A stretch of DNA of 64,000 nt, taken from assembly GCF_037042905.1 (NCBI RefSeq), contig NC_087261.1, forward strand, positions 25,172,001-25,236,000, in the 5' to 3' direction. How positions within the stretch are numbered: the stretch's first letter is position 1; each line of letters opens with the position of its first letter. Source of the stretch: Lytechinus pictus. Taxonomy: Eukaryota. The position numbers and the translations under genes are program-made. The notes beneath the pieces are model-generated. The model saw nothing but the letters and a program-made list of their open reading frames with translations. It was not told the origin of the DNA and made no database searches. Positions 51,597 to 64,000 of the stretch are shown here, in pieces.

Positions 51597-53999
51597 GTGT
51601 GTTGCTAAACTTCGAGTCACGAGTTTCGAGTCTCGAGTTTCCCAAATTTCATTGGAATTGGTCATTAAAGACCCTTGCTTTCAATTGCTTTTAAGCCGCT
51701 ATTATCCACATATGAAGAGCTCACTTGCAAAAGGGGTTAGGTCCATTTTTTATCAAATTTGATTTTTGGTCTCAATGTATAGATTTTTAGTAGCTCTATA
51801 AGATGATACCAAAGAAAAGTTGAAATTCCTATTTAAAAGTGATCAAAAATGGCAAAGAAAACTCACTTTTTTTTCAAAATGGGTTAGGTCCATTTCAGTT
51901 TAGTTGCAAAAGGGATTAGGTCCACACCGAATTTTTTTTGGAAAAAAATATTTTAAAAAATATGAATAAAGGTAGATTTCTTTTATACCCAATTTTATGT
52001 TGTCATGGTAGGGAATCTTGAAAATTTAGTTTCGCATAAGAATGTGCAATATAGGAGAATTAAAAAAAATGATTTTCTTGGAGTGGACCTAACCCCTTTT
52101 GCAAACAAACTCTTCTGAAGAGCTCATTTGTCAAAAGGGGTTAGGTCCATTGTTCATAAATTTTATTGTTTTCTGTCTTAAAACCTCTAAATGTTTAGTC
52201 GCTATGATGAAAACAAAGAAAATTTGAAATTTACATGAAAACGTGAAAAAAGTGGCAAAGAAAAATCACTTTTTTAATCAAAATAGATTGGATTCATTTC
52301 AGTTTACTTGCAAAAGGGCTTAGGTCCACAATGATCATTTTTTTAAGAACTTATAGAAAAAAATTGAAGACAGGTAGATTTCATTTATACCCAATTTTAT
52401 GTTCACATGATAGGGTAGTACATCATGACAATTTAGTTTCTCATAAGAATATTGCAGTAAGTGAGAATAAAAAACATGTTTTTTTCTCAGAATGGTCCAA
52501 AGTAGACCTAAGCCCTTTTGCAACTAAACTCTTCATATTAGCGAAATTATGCACGTAAAACACTTTTACTCTGGTGCCGCTAAAATCTTCTAAGGACATA
52601 AAAGGAAATGAAGTTGACATGTTGCAAGCTTGTAATTCCATTTGGGCAAAATATGCTTTATCTTTTCTCAGATAATCGAAGCGAGCTACATGTATGCAGT
52701 AGAAGATGATTTAACTTCTCGATTGGACGATTATAAAAAGATATGCAGTTAAAGGCTGGAGAGTACGAGTATGTAGCCTCCCGCGATTAATATAGAAATT
52801 ATTGCTAAAAACACTATGAATAAATTTAATTTAAAAAGGGCTCTATAATGACATAAACAAAAATAGTAGGAAAAATAATTTTGATGGCTTTGTAAAAACA
52901 ATTTCAAGGTCTATCTACTACTACTCTCAACAAAGTTTAAGAAATCGAGTGAGAAAGACGAGACTCGAATTTTGTAAAAATTGTAAATAGATACAATTAT
53001 AATATTTTGTTAATAGTAGTAGATAGGCCCTGACATTCTATTTACAAATCAATCAAATTTATTGCTCCTAGTATTAGTATTAAAGAACAGCGCTTTTAAC
53101 TCGAATTTTGAAAAATTCGAGTCTCGCCTTTCTCATCCGAATTATAATATTTTGTTAATAGTAGTAGATAGGCCTTGACATTCTATCTACAGATCAATCA
53201 AATTTATTGCTCCTACTAGTAGTATTAAAGGACAGCGCTTTTAACCCGAATTTTTGAAAAAATCGAGTCTCGCCTTTCTCGTCCGAATTATAATATTTTG
53301 TTAATAGTAGTAGATAGGTCTTGACATTCTATTTACAAATCAATCAAATTTATTGCTCCTACTATTAGTATTAAAGGACAGCGCTTTTAACTCGAATTTT
53401 GTAAAAATTCGAGTCTCGTCTTTCTCATCCGATTTCTGATACTTTGTTTATAGTAGAAGATAGACCTTGACATCCCTTTTACAAAGCAATCAAAATTATT
53501 TATTCTACTATTGGCGGAAACGTGTATTTAACGATTTTTGTTTATGTCATTACAGAGCTTTGTTTTTTCCTTATTCCTTTGATTCATAATGTTTTAGCCA
53601 CAATTTCTTCATTAATCGCGGGAGGCAAACACTTCTCATGGCTATTCTCCAGCCTTTAACTGCGTAACCTTTCATAATCATTCAATCGAGAAGTTTAATC
53701 ATATTCTCTTAAAGCTCGCTACGATTAGCTGAGAAGAGGGTAAGCACGTTTGCTCCAATCAATTCTTAAAAAGAATTACAAGCTTGCAACATATCAATGT
53801 CATTTCCTTTTATGATTTTAGCGGCATCAGAGTAAAAGTGTTTTACGTGCGTGACAGAAAGATTTCGCAAATACGTGAGAAAAAGCGGCTGAAAAGTAAT
53901 AAAGTCTTTAATAACTTATCCACTGGAATGCTGGCAACTCAAGACTCGAGACTCGAATCTCGAAACTCGAAACTCGAGACTCGAAGTTTAGCAACACAC
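51597..53999. mobile_element. Foldback-like non-autonomous TIR element inserted in a (TAG)n microsatellite
   Basis: TIR GTGTGTTGCTAAACTTCGAGTC; internal inverted arms ~52550-52990 / 53390-53850; ~146-bp tandem repeats. Confidence 0.8.
51714..52534. mobile_element. Head-to-tail dimer of a ~400-bp MITE flanked by ATAT (Sola-like 4-bp TSD)
   Basis: GAAGAGCTCA.TTGCAAAAGGGGTTAGGTCCA ... TGGACCTAACCCCTTTTGCAA..AAACTCTTC, present twice. Confidence 0.65.
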
Positions 54000-56356
54000 T
54001 AGTAGTGGTAGTAGAAGTAGTAGCAAAAGTAGTAGTAGTAGAAGTAGTAGAAGTAGTAGAAGTAGTAGAAGTAGTAGTAGTAGTAGTAGTAATAGTAGTA
54101 GTAGTAGGAGGAGGAGGAGGAGCGAAGTGGCAATGAAATATAAAATACTGCATCGGTATTAAAAGATATGTAGAAAATATAGTAGTAGGAGNNNNNNNNN
54201 NNNNNNNNNNNNNNNNNNNNNNNNNNNNNNNNNNNNNNNNNNNNNNNNNNNNNNNNNNNNNNNNNNNNNNNNNNNNNNNNNNNNNNNNNNNNNNNNNNNN
54301 NNNNNNNNNNNNNNNNNNNNNNNNNNNNNNNNNNNNNNNNCAATGAAATATAAAATACTGCAGATATGTAGAAAATAAAGTTATTTATTTGCTATAAATA
54401 AAAATGAACCTGTGCACCCTAATAAATATACCAGCCCATATATAATTCATCTATTATTTCAAGGCAGTTCATATTCAAACTTTTATACACAAGAAACGGA
54501 TGCATACATTATCATTCTCCACACAAAAAAATTGTGCTAAAAATCATCACATAAATAAATTAGTTTCAAAATGGAATCTTTTATTAACAACAGAAATAGT
54601 AATAAAAGTGAGGAATTAAAATGCAAAATATCGATTACAAGATGACATGATACAGATATTTTAACCAAGCTTCTGTAGAATATCGAGACGGGCTAATCAT
54701 CCTAAAACGGATACTAGACACTATTTCGACCAATTTCTAAGCTCCCCTTAACTTATCAATTTCGTACAAATTACATATCCGTTTTCTCAATACTTTCTAT
54801 TACTGTTTATGTTATCAATTTATTTTAATATATATATTTATATACATATACATGCACAATTAAGGAGAGCACATACTGTAAACGTAATGTAAACTCAATA
54901 TAAAAGCTATGACTTTACATTGGCTACGACTTTATCAGTTCAAAATACACGTAGATTGTGATGCCGATATGAAATACAGTAACTCTGACAGAAAATCCTT
55001 GTAACAACTTTAATTCCTCTTCATGAAAAAATGAAAGAATGCATTGGGGTAATTCATACTATATATTCCCCCCATTATTATACTATGAATTACATGGACT
55101 TAAATTGAATCCAGATCAGAATGATGTAAACAGTGACCAGTCAAACACTGGCTATAATTTAAACGCAAAACCTATATTTCTTAATCTCAAAGGATTTAGA
55201 TTCAAATATTTTCAGATTTAATCTATCAAAATTCAGTAATTGACTGCTCCCTAATGACAGCAAGTCTGAATTCAAATTTAAGTGTAAAGATTCAAAAACA
55301 AGGAATTATTACAGGAATCCTTGAATGATACAAATATGTATACTGTGCGTGAATAACATGTCATTTTCGAAATCAAAGGTTTTCCCCCTTTTGTATATCC
55401 TACATTTTACAATCTTGTTTATAAAAATGTATGAAAATATATATCAAACATTAGAAAACAATTCTGAATAGAATGCGTAGTAAGCAATGCGATAACGATA
55501 ATATTACGTAGTACTGATATCTACCTGATTTGCAGAGTGACCCGTTCACCAAAATAAAAATAAGTGCTTTAACATCAACCAATACAGTAGGTAAGAACAC
55601 AACCAAGATCAGTTTAAATAGGTAATATCATTTATGCCTCGTTTACATTTGCTATGTATTTCTGTCATCTTTCATGGTTATATGAATCTACTGCATAATC
55701 AGATAATTGATCCACTACAATTAGCTTTGATCACTGCATAAACCATTCAGCACATTGCGTTTTTCAGCGAACTAACATAAGATATTAAGATTTCCCATAT
55801 TCTGCATAATATATGTCTGAAGTACACAAAAGTGGCTATTTGTCAGAGCGTATTTTTATAAGCATTATTAAAAAGAGATGTATACAATGGATCCCCATAT
55901 CTTCATCATTGTTCTTTGCTGCAATTTTGGTTGTTATGCATCGTCAAAATACATTAGCTGATCAGTTAGTGTAATCATCGTGAAGATGAAATTATCCTTA
56001 TTTTAGTACAAAAAGAAGATGAATTTATCTTTTCTGTTGTTAATATAGTATTTGTACAATTATGTTTGTATTTATTAGTATTCATTTGACAATTCTGTAA
56101 TAAGATACATGTACATTTCTACAACTTGTTTCCTTTTGTTTACATTTTATGTCTTGAAGGAACGCAGTTTTTGAATGAACAGGAAAGTGTAGAGAAATTA
56201 AGTAAAAGCAAAATAATAATTGTGTGGATGATTGTGTACAGCTTTGTAAATTCCAAATCTAACGATCGTTTTTACGACATTCTAAAACAAAAATATTTTT
56301 AGAAAATTTTTCATTCATTTACCATATTTACTGTTACTTAACCAACACCTCTTTAT

Positions 56357-57113
56357 CTACATAGAATACATTTCGTTTTCAACCATCTCCATTTCATCAA
56401 ACTGATCACCAGAAAAGGAGTCATTAGCTATAGCGTAGAGATCCTGATCACCATCGTACCCATCCGGCTTTCCTCGGGATTTATCGGGCATCGCGTACAA
56501 ACTGCCGACATCTTCCGACGTATCATCCGAAGTGTTGTTCCGGTTTCCATTCTTATCTGGCATAGCATACAGACTGTCTATATCTTCCGAGGTGCCGTTT
56601 CGTTCGCTGTTCTTATCGGGTGCAGCGTAAACGACGCTCATTCTGTCGGCCATTCTCGCCGAGGTGGTTGGCTGCTTAGAATTTTCAAAAGAAGAGTAAG
56701 GTGCAATTGCGATATTAATTTCGTCGTAGCCGTCCTGTGCTCCGTTTCCGTTCTTGTCAGGCGTGGCGTGCAGGACGCTTAATCGGTCGTTGCTGTTCTG
56801 TTTCATCGCAGTGGTGCCACAAGAAGCATATGACGTCAGTTCTGTGTCTGGGATTTCATCCATTGTCCCCTCATATATATTCGATGGTTTCCTAGGATTT
56901 AGATTAACAAGGAGAACGTTCTTGACACCTTTAGAAGAACTCGCGTTACTGTGTGTTTGTGCCCCAGGTTGGAAACCTCTGGCAGACGGTGCCTCTGCAA
57001 CTGCACCGTTGGGGATACCGAAGTCGTTTATCTCATCGTATGCTGGAGGCATGCTGACTGGAGTCAACGTCGCTCTTTGTGACGAGGCGATACCCTTTGT
57101 CCTCTGCTGTGAC
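56357..57113 (-). CDS. Gene D cytoplasmic tail exon
   Basis: Homologous to the B and C tails; ends MEMVENEMYSM*. Confidence 0.92.
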
Positions 57114-60100
57114 CTTTAATGGAATATTGGATACAATTATGGAAAATAAGAAATATTCATAGTTTTCATAACGGGGTATCCTACATTTGTTCCTTTGTTC
57201 TTGTTTGTTTTTATTATGACATTGATATGGTTTCTTTTCAATTACAAGGTTGAGCAGTATCTGGTTGCTTAATTTTCCATTAATGTACCAGTGTTTAAGA
57301 AAGGCAAAAACATGACAAAGCAAATTCGAGAGTTGTTATCAAATTTAGCTTTGTTTTGATACCGACTTAATATCGTAGCAATCGTAATCTTTGATATATT
57401 TTAGAATGATTTTACATGTGAGGAATTCTAACAGTTATTCTCAAATTTATATTTGTTGTACTACCATTTTATGTATTAAATAAAATTGCTACAGACCTTC
57501 TCTTTCTGATACATGCGATGGCGACGATGATTATGATGATGATTATAACAGCAGCAACAGCTCCGCCAATCCCTGCATATAAGCCTGATTAAATCAACAA
57601 TACCGATCATTCCACGAGATTATTCATTTAAAATGATCATATAAGTATTCTTAATAGGGAACTGTGACAAACCTGCGTGAAGTAACATGTTCCTGAGTGA
57701 AGCCTATTTTCAAGTTTTTAAATTCAGTTTGATTAGTCTGCAACATACATTCATCACACTCTAATTGCAGTACGATGGTTGTCATGGGAGTTTTCTTCAT
57801 CATGATTTGTTGTAACCGGACTTGAGTTGCATTGGAATTGGAATGGATTGGGACTTGTTGATGAACATCATTTGATCACTATTAACTCAACACAAATTAC
57901 ATCCATTATCATTATAAATTTATCATTAATATTTCTTTCATTTTTAGTATTATCATCACTATCATTATCATCTTCATTATCATTATCGCTATTAGGTTTT
58001 GGTGTAAATATGATTCCTTGCTATTATGAAAAGATAGGGAAAAATCAGAGAAATTATAAAATAACGAAAGCACAAGAAGTGTAGGAATCACGTAAATCAA
58101 ATTTGTAAGGTATTCATTAAACTAGTTGAACTACCTGTGCTATTTCCCGCTGTGGGAAGATTGGACGTCCCTTGAGTTTTCAGAGATGATGAAACTGATG
58201 ATGACGATGACAACGATGTCGAAATCACAATTTCGTTACTTGTTGTGGCGGTCTGGTTGACGGTGACGGATGTCGTCGGTGGTGGTGAGGTAACTGTGTC
58301 AGATCAATAAACATTTACATTGAATTCAGGACCAAATTTTTCTATCATTAGTCAATGGATAGAAATACATAAGTTGGCAATTTGAGCTAACAAAGTAGCG
58401 ACATGTTTATCGAGATTAGCCCAGCTCATTGTGCCATCATTGTAGATTAAGCATGATAAGGAGAGACGATTATTTCTTGTTTGAATATTACTTGGTAATT
58501 TGTTCAAGTTGCATTCGAAAGGACCATGAATTCCATTGACGGCCATTTTTTTTTACAACAGTAACAATAGAGAATATTAAAAAGCTGCCGTTTATGCAAT
58601 CATACACTTTCCCTCACCCTAAGAACCATGTCCTTTTTAAACAAATTACATGTAAAATCAACTGCATGTGCCAGATCCGGTTAAAGTTATATCACACCCA
58701 GTTTGTATTTTTTCTGAATTATTTAACATTATAAATGCTATGATTTCTTTGATTCTTAATCATAATGCAATTTTCTCTGCTATCTGTATGATAAGTGAAA
58801 TAAAGATATACAGAAATCAGGAACTGAAGTGATGGGAAATATAATTCTTGAATTGAACCTCAAGCATCATCAATTATCATGACATATGTAAATGCAAAAG
58901 CATGGTAACCATGTATTGCTCTACTATACATTGTCTTCACTTGCCTGTGTTTGGATATTAGCCATCGAAATATTTCTATGGTGTTTAGTCCATTAGTCCT
59001 ATTAATTCAAAAATTTAACTCTAATATTTCAAAACCCATATTTTTTCTAAAAATGATGATTCTGCATATTATGAAGATGCATTTCCACAATAGGTAGGGA
59101 AACATACCCATTGATTCAGTTGGCGTATTCATCGTTGTCATCGTGTCGGCTGATACTGTATTTCCATTTAAACGTTTTAAGGGAGTGAGACAATGAAATA
59201 TAGTGAAGGGATCAAATTAACACTTCTTCAGTCGAAATGAATAGCAAGCATTATAAACAAATTGTTAAATGTGAACGATTTAAAAAATAATGCACATGCG
59301 AACCAAACGATATATGGTATTGATTGAAACGATTGTGCGTGTTCGTTTAGATTTTGTCTCATAAGCAGATATTGTATTGCATTTATTGATTTTCTATTCA
59401 CACTAAAAAAAATATAACATTAAAAAGTACAATATATCACAGAGCATGTCAGTCATAATAATTCAAAGGAAAAATGAATGATAAATTGGAACTTAGCTAC
59501 ATAAAACTGGCTTTGTTTAAAATGAATAACAAAAAAACTAAAACAGAACGGATATATCCTCCTTTGATATGTTGATAGGCTGGGATAAAAAATTAAAACA
59601 TGATGTATATTAAGTTTTAAGGCGATGTTTGGTACATATTTCTGAATATTCAGTAATTCAGTGAACATGCTGTACTTACTGATGGATTTGCCTATACAAA
59701 AAGATACTTATACATAATTTTGTTTGTGTCTTGATAGACACCCCTCCCCTGAGATTAAAAAATATACAAACCTGGGCCCGTTTCCACAAAAACTATCATT
59801 ACTGTAGCTTCACTGGCGGGTCCAGGGTGGGCTCACAGCCGGCCCGTGCCCCCCCCCCCCCTCCTCTTTGAGAGGCACAATTTAACTTTGTAATGTAAAA
59901 ATGCCGTTAAAACAGAAGTGTGCCCCCCTCCCCCAATTTTTAAAGTGAAGACCTTTCTTTTTTTCTTTTTTTTTCTTTTTTTTTTTTGCTTGTCAAATAT
60001 TTTCTTGGACGAAACCCCTTATTTTGGGTTAAAAACCTTCTTCTTTTTTTTTGCTTGCTTGTCAATTTTTTCTTCGGAAAAATGTGCCCCCCCCCCCCCT

Positions 60101-62825
60101 TCGAAAAATCCTAGATCCGCTCCCGGGTAGCTTTGCCATGCAATGCTAAATGGACATATAATCCTTGACTTTGATCGGTTGTTGACCAATACCATAGTAG
60201 CTATTGGAGGGCAAAGTTACCATAATAGTAACTTTTATGCAACGGGGCCCAGAACCTTTAGGTTTCAGTTAAATCGAACAAAATTAGATGTACCTCCTTT
60301 AGTAAAAGCAAGTTGATACACCCCTTCATTGTCTTGGGAATCAAAATCATTGAATTTAAGAATGATACTCACTGATAAAGACAGCTATGTATCCAATTCC
60401 ACCACAGCTCTCGGTAGGGTCTCCTTGGCATGGATATTGACAGTTCTTATCTGACATGTCTGGTCCTACTCCATGTCGAGTATAATTATCACTGCCTTCA
60501 CCACAGTAGCATTCATTTCCATTTTCAACACCAGCATAAGTATAATTAGCTGTGGTAGACTCATTACAGAACTGGATGCAATATGAAATGGTAATCGGTG
60601 AACTATCTGTCAGACTTTCGCCAGACAACGCCCAGTCATTCCTGATATCCACAAAGCATCCAAGATATCCATCACCTATATGAGAAAGAACGATAACGTT
60701 ATAATGCTTGTTTAAGCGTGTTGGACATTTAAAGGTCAAGTCCACCCCAGAAAAATGTTGATTTGAATAAAAAGAGAAAAAATCAAAGAAGCATTATATT
60801 GAAAGGTTTTACGGTAAACACCATGTATGTAGTCCTAAAAAGGACTGTTTGTTATTCTTTCTTGAATATATGTTAGCTCTGAAAAGAACTGTTATCGACG
60901 TTTCGACCAGCGTGTTCTGGTCGTCAAGTTGGTCACGCTGGTCGAAACGTCGATAACAGTTCTTTTCAGAGCTAACATATATTCAAGATAGAATAACAAA
61001 CAGTCCTTTTCAGGACTACATACATGGTGTTTACCGTAAAACCTTTCAATATTCTCTCCACCATGGAAACCTTCAAAGATCATCAAACAAGCATTATGCT
61101 GAAAATTTCCATTTATTTTAATTTAGGATAAAAGAGCTTTTTGATTAATTGTCTTGCTCACGGGCATATAGGTGCCCTGGCCGGGGATCGAACGCTGAAC
61201 TTTTGGCCACGGCACCGTTTATTGGATAGATTCACCAATATTTCATCGAAATTTAATTCCATCTGGAGCCTTATCATAAATAAAATATCTGCGTATTTTC
61301 GTCTTCTTTAGAACTTCTCAACCATGGAATGGGCTGGAAATTTCAGGACATGATCTTTGTAGGCCGATTCCGATTACTATATAAAATCCGTGCTAAAATT
61401 GTCATTTCAAAATGAAATAATAACATTACCAAGACAGGGAGCTAGATTTGAATTTAAATCTTAAAGGACGGAAATGCGTGTTGCACAATTCAAAAGTACA
61501 AGCTAAATATTTTTGTTTGTTTCATCCCTATTAATTAGTTTAATAGATTGGTAGTGACCTTAAAATATGTTTCCAAATTTTTCTAAGTACAATATATGTA
61601 CCATCGCACAAATACCATGTTTTATTTAGTATGCTCAATAAAATGAAAAGCATAATTTAGTTTTATTTTAAGGTGTTTACACAAATTTGACGGAAACGTT
61701 ACCATGACAAGAAGCTGCTCCTGCTCGAGAACATCCCTCTGTATTTGAGAGCGAACACTCAGACAGGTATGTGTCATCTGACATATCAAATTACAGAATA
61801 TGACACCAAGTAATTAGAATTTCATCATACCTTTATCAAACGTGGCAAAAATGAATGTGAAATGTAACGAACAAGGCACAGTAAGCCGTATTCGAGAGCA
61901 CAACCCTCTTTCTTGCATGTACCTGAAAAATTATTGATTTAGATTTGCACATTGTTTACTGATAAAATGAGAGTAAAATTTGAGGTTGCGCATCACACAA
62001 AGAATACTGATAAGCGCAGAAAATACCTCTAATTAGTGGCCATACATGTAGGTCTATCATAAAATCTCATAGACCATCGGCTTCGGAAGATGAAGTTTGT
62101 TTGCCCCGATTTCAATTCAACGTAATTTAGGCTATATCCATTTCAGTAGTCACGGTAGTATGAATAATTCATATTTATCAAATAAATTTAACCGAAACGC
62201 CATTACTTTCATCACAAAATAGCCCATGGTTGGGAGTTGAATTCTGTCCATAAGGCGTCTCCCGTATTGCTCTATTTGCTCCTTTGAATCCCAAATGTTT
62301 GCAAATTACTACGACATCGGAGGTATCAGTATTGGCCCCACATGTTGTCTCCCACGTCCCGTTGTCTATCTTGATCTCAATTGTCCCTTTATTAGAATCT
62401 GGACCGCCAACAAGTTGCACATCTGTCAACAGAATGCAAAGAGATGGAAAATTACTAAATAAGTCCTTTGCAAAGTCTCGTTCACGTTCTAGTTTTATAT
62501 TTGAAATTATAAACTTTCATTTAATATGTAGAGATCTAAAAAGACAATTAAACCTGAATTTTTTTAGGCAGCGTTTGATGGCATTATATGTTTTGTTATA
62601 AGTATTTATTGATAACCTTCCAAGGAGTTTTCACGCATCATTATGGTTTCGAACCTGGGTTACCGGACTAAGAGAAAACCGCCCTACCAACTGTATATAT
62701 TATGATTCAAATTGGTGAGATTTTGAATGAGAGTACAAAGGAATATGGTTACCTGTTATGGCACAGATGCTGAACCGGATCCAAAGAATCACTAACAAGA
62801 CAATGGTTATCCAATTTCGATTCAT
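56357..62825 (-). CDS. Gene D: complete SRCR-WSC-mucin stalk-TM receptor, 572 aa
   Basis: Exons 62825-62753, 62422-62207, 61777-61703, 60675-60373, 59155-59108, 58293-58135, 57584-57497, 57113-56357; total 1719 nt = 573 codons including stop. Confidence 0.88.
57497..57584 (-). CDS. Gene D transmembrane exon
   Basis: LYAGIGGAVAAVIIIIIIIVAIACIRKR. Confidence 0.9.
58135..58293 (-). CDS. Gene D Ser/Thr-rich stalk exon (53 codons)
   Basis: [53 protein letters not shown]. Confidence 0.85.
59108..59155 (-). CDS. Gene D 48-nt linker micro-exon
   Basis: ISADTMTTMNTPTESM. Confidence 0.8.
59775..60250. mobile_element. Harbinger-like MITE carrying a hAT-like insertion (~59811-60126)
   Basis: GGGCCCGTT../..AACGGGGCCC ends; GTAGCTT duplicated around the inner element. 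Confidence 0.55.
60373..60675 (-). CDS. Gene D WSC-domain exon (101 codons)
   Basis: GDGYLGCF..ISYCIQFC..YAGVENGNECYCG..CQYPCQGDPTESCGG. Confidence 0.92.
60796..61052. repeat. Near-perfect 119-bp inverted repeat with a 19-nt loop (Penelope-like remnant)
   Basis: Arms 60796-60914 and 60934-61052; flanking direct repeat ATCAAA(G/C)AAGCATTAT. Confidence 0.85.
61703..61777 (-). CDS. Gene D SRCR C-terminal exon
   Basis: NDTYLSECSLSNTEGCSRAGAASCH. Confidence 0.88.
62207..62422 (-). CDS. Gene D SRCR N-terminal exon
   Basis: [41 protein letters not shown]. Confidence 0.92.
62753..62825 (-). CDS. Gene D signal-peptide exon
   Basis: MNRNWITIVLLVILWIRFSICAIT; ACAG|GTAAC donor. Confidence 0.8.
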
Positions 62826-64000
62826 GTCGAATAGGGTTGCAATCACTGATAAAGCTGTAAATTAATTAAAATCAGGCCAATCAACGTGTATCGGCCTCTA
62901 AGAAAAGTTGTGACATTTGGCATCACTGTGACATTACTGGTGGTTAACAAGGCCTCTGTTATAGCAAGTTTTCGCAACCACCGAGCAGACGCTTTCTGAA
63001 ATGTAGAGAATCTATTTTCAAAAGCCCTTCATGACAACGCATTCTTTATCGAGATCGGTTAATCAAAAGTGCAGTGCCGTCCGTGACTCCGGACAAACCA
63101 CATTTCCAGTTTTTCATCGTCTGCAAAACTCTGGAAGATCAGAAACAGCTGTCCCGGATCACCAATTTTCAACCAAGGACTTTAAGCTGTTCGTTGTAAT
63201 TTGACGGACATATTCAATAAATTTACTTCGTTGTATAATCCATCCCGTTGCAACTGCGAAAACTCTAATGTTATTAATGTTATTCTCTTATTGCTTAATG
63301 ATTTTAGCCCACAAAATTTGGGAAACACAAGGGTTGTGCCGGTGAGCTATAGGTCATAGAAAATCCATCTTTAAACATTCGTGTCAAAACAGAAAATAAC
63401 AGCACAGTCAATCAAAAGGTCGGTAGAAATTTTATTCAAGAGTTATTGTGATTTTTACCATAATTTTCTTCGGTATATCATAAATTATATAAGGAGTGGG
63501 CTATAAATGGGTGATTCTTGGTTTTTCTGTGGCAACAGTTTTTGTGTCCCTTTTACCTTACTCAACATGAAATGACAATTTTTTTTTTGATTGGTAAATT
63601 TAGGTAAAATCACCTTTTAACTCTACAAATAATGCTTTAAATGTACTAATTTTAGGAAAAACGAATTGCCTGCCCCCAAAAAACATATGAATAGACACCA
63701 AAACCAGAGAAAAAGACCACCAAATAAAGAAATTGTGACCAAAATTGTGGTTTTGGGGTGTTTTGCGGCCACTTTAATGGATATTGGCCCGGCACAACTT
63801 TTTCTCGGACCCGACACAAAGAAATATTGTCATTTCATGTTGAGATACATTACAATTAATTTAAAAAAAACTGTTGCCATATCAAAATGACAAAAAGGTA
63901 TTATTGACCCATGTATAGCACACTCCTAATCATATTAGTAAATTTACAACTCGTATTAAGAACAAAAAATCAAAGGAAGGCAATAAAAATACTTATAATT

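Noticed and set aside
54131-54375. Direct repeat CAATGAAATATAAAATACTGCA on both sides of a gap
   Set aside because: May be a scaffolding overlap artefact; cannot be resolved here
61120-61215. tRNA gene (B-box-like GTTCGATCCCCGG on the minus strand; similar at ~62650)
   Set aside because: No cloverleaf; at most SINE fragments
1520-62825. Assigning Kremen, DMBT1, WSCD or polycystin gene names
   Set aside because: Only single domains are shared; no kringle, CUB, ZP or sulfotransferase domain is present

Overview
AT-rich, intron-rich eukaryotic DNA with 5 N-gaps, most likely from a sea urchin (an 87-bp fragment reads as sea-urchin-type histone H2B). The window holds a head-to-tail tandem cluster of four paralogous minus-strand genes, labelled A-D here. 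A is truncated by the window start; B, C and D are complete (C has a gap in one exon). I rebuilt them by hand from GT-AG boundaries and conserved intron phases (1,1,1,1,1,1,2). Each encodes a type-I membrane protein of about 570-620 aa: signal peptide, divergent 6-Cys (group A) SRCR domain split over two exons, 8-Cys WSC domain, Ser/Thr mucin-like stalk, GxxxG-containing TM helix, and a ~250-aa low-complexity tail. The tail carries repeated (V/L)YAxPDK motifs, an ITAM/hemITAM-like DGYDEI-x6-YSSF motif and a terminal ENELY. The paralogues show variable WSC loops, different sets of tail tyrosines and a mosaic pattern of similarity. This looks like a diversifying family of candidate carbohydrate-sensing innate-immune receptors; function and novelty are inferred, not shown. 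Introns and spacers hold many non-autonomous DNA transposons (several nested), LINE remnants, a Helentron-like tandem-repeat element, a long hairpin and microsatellites.
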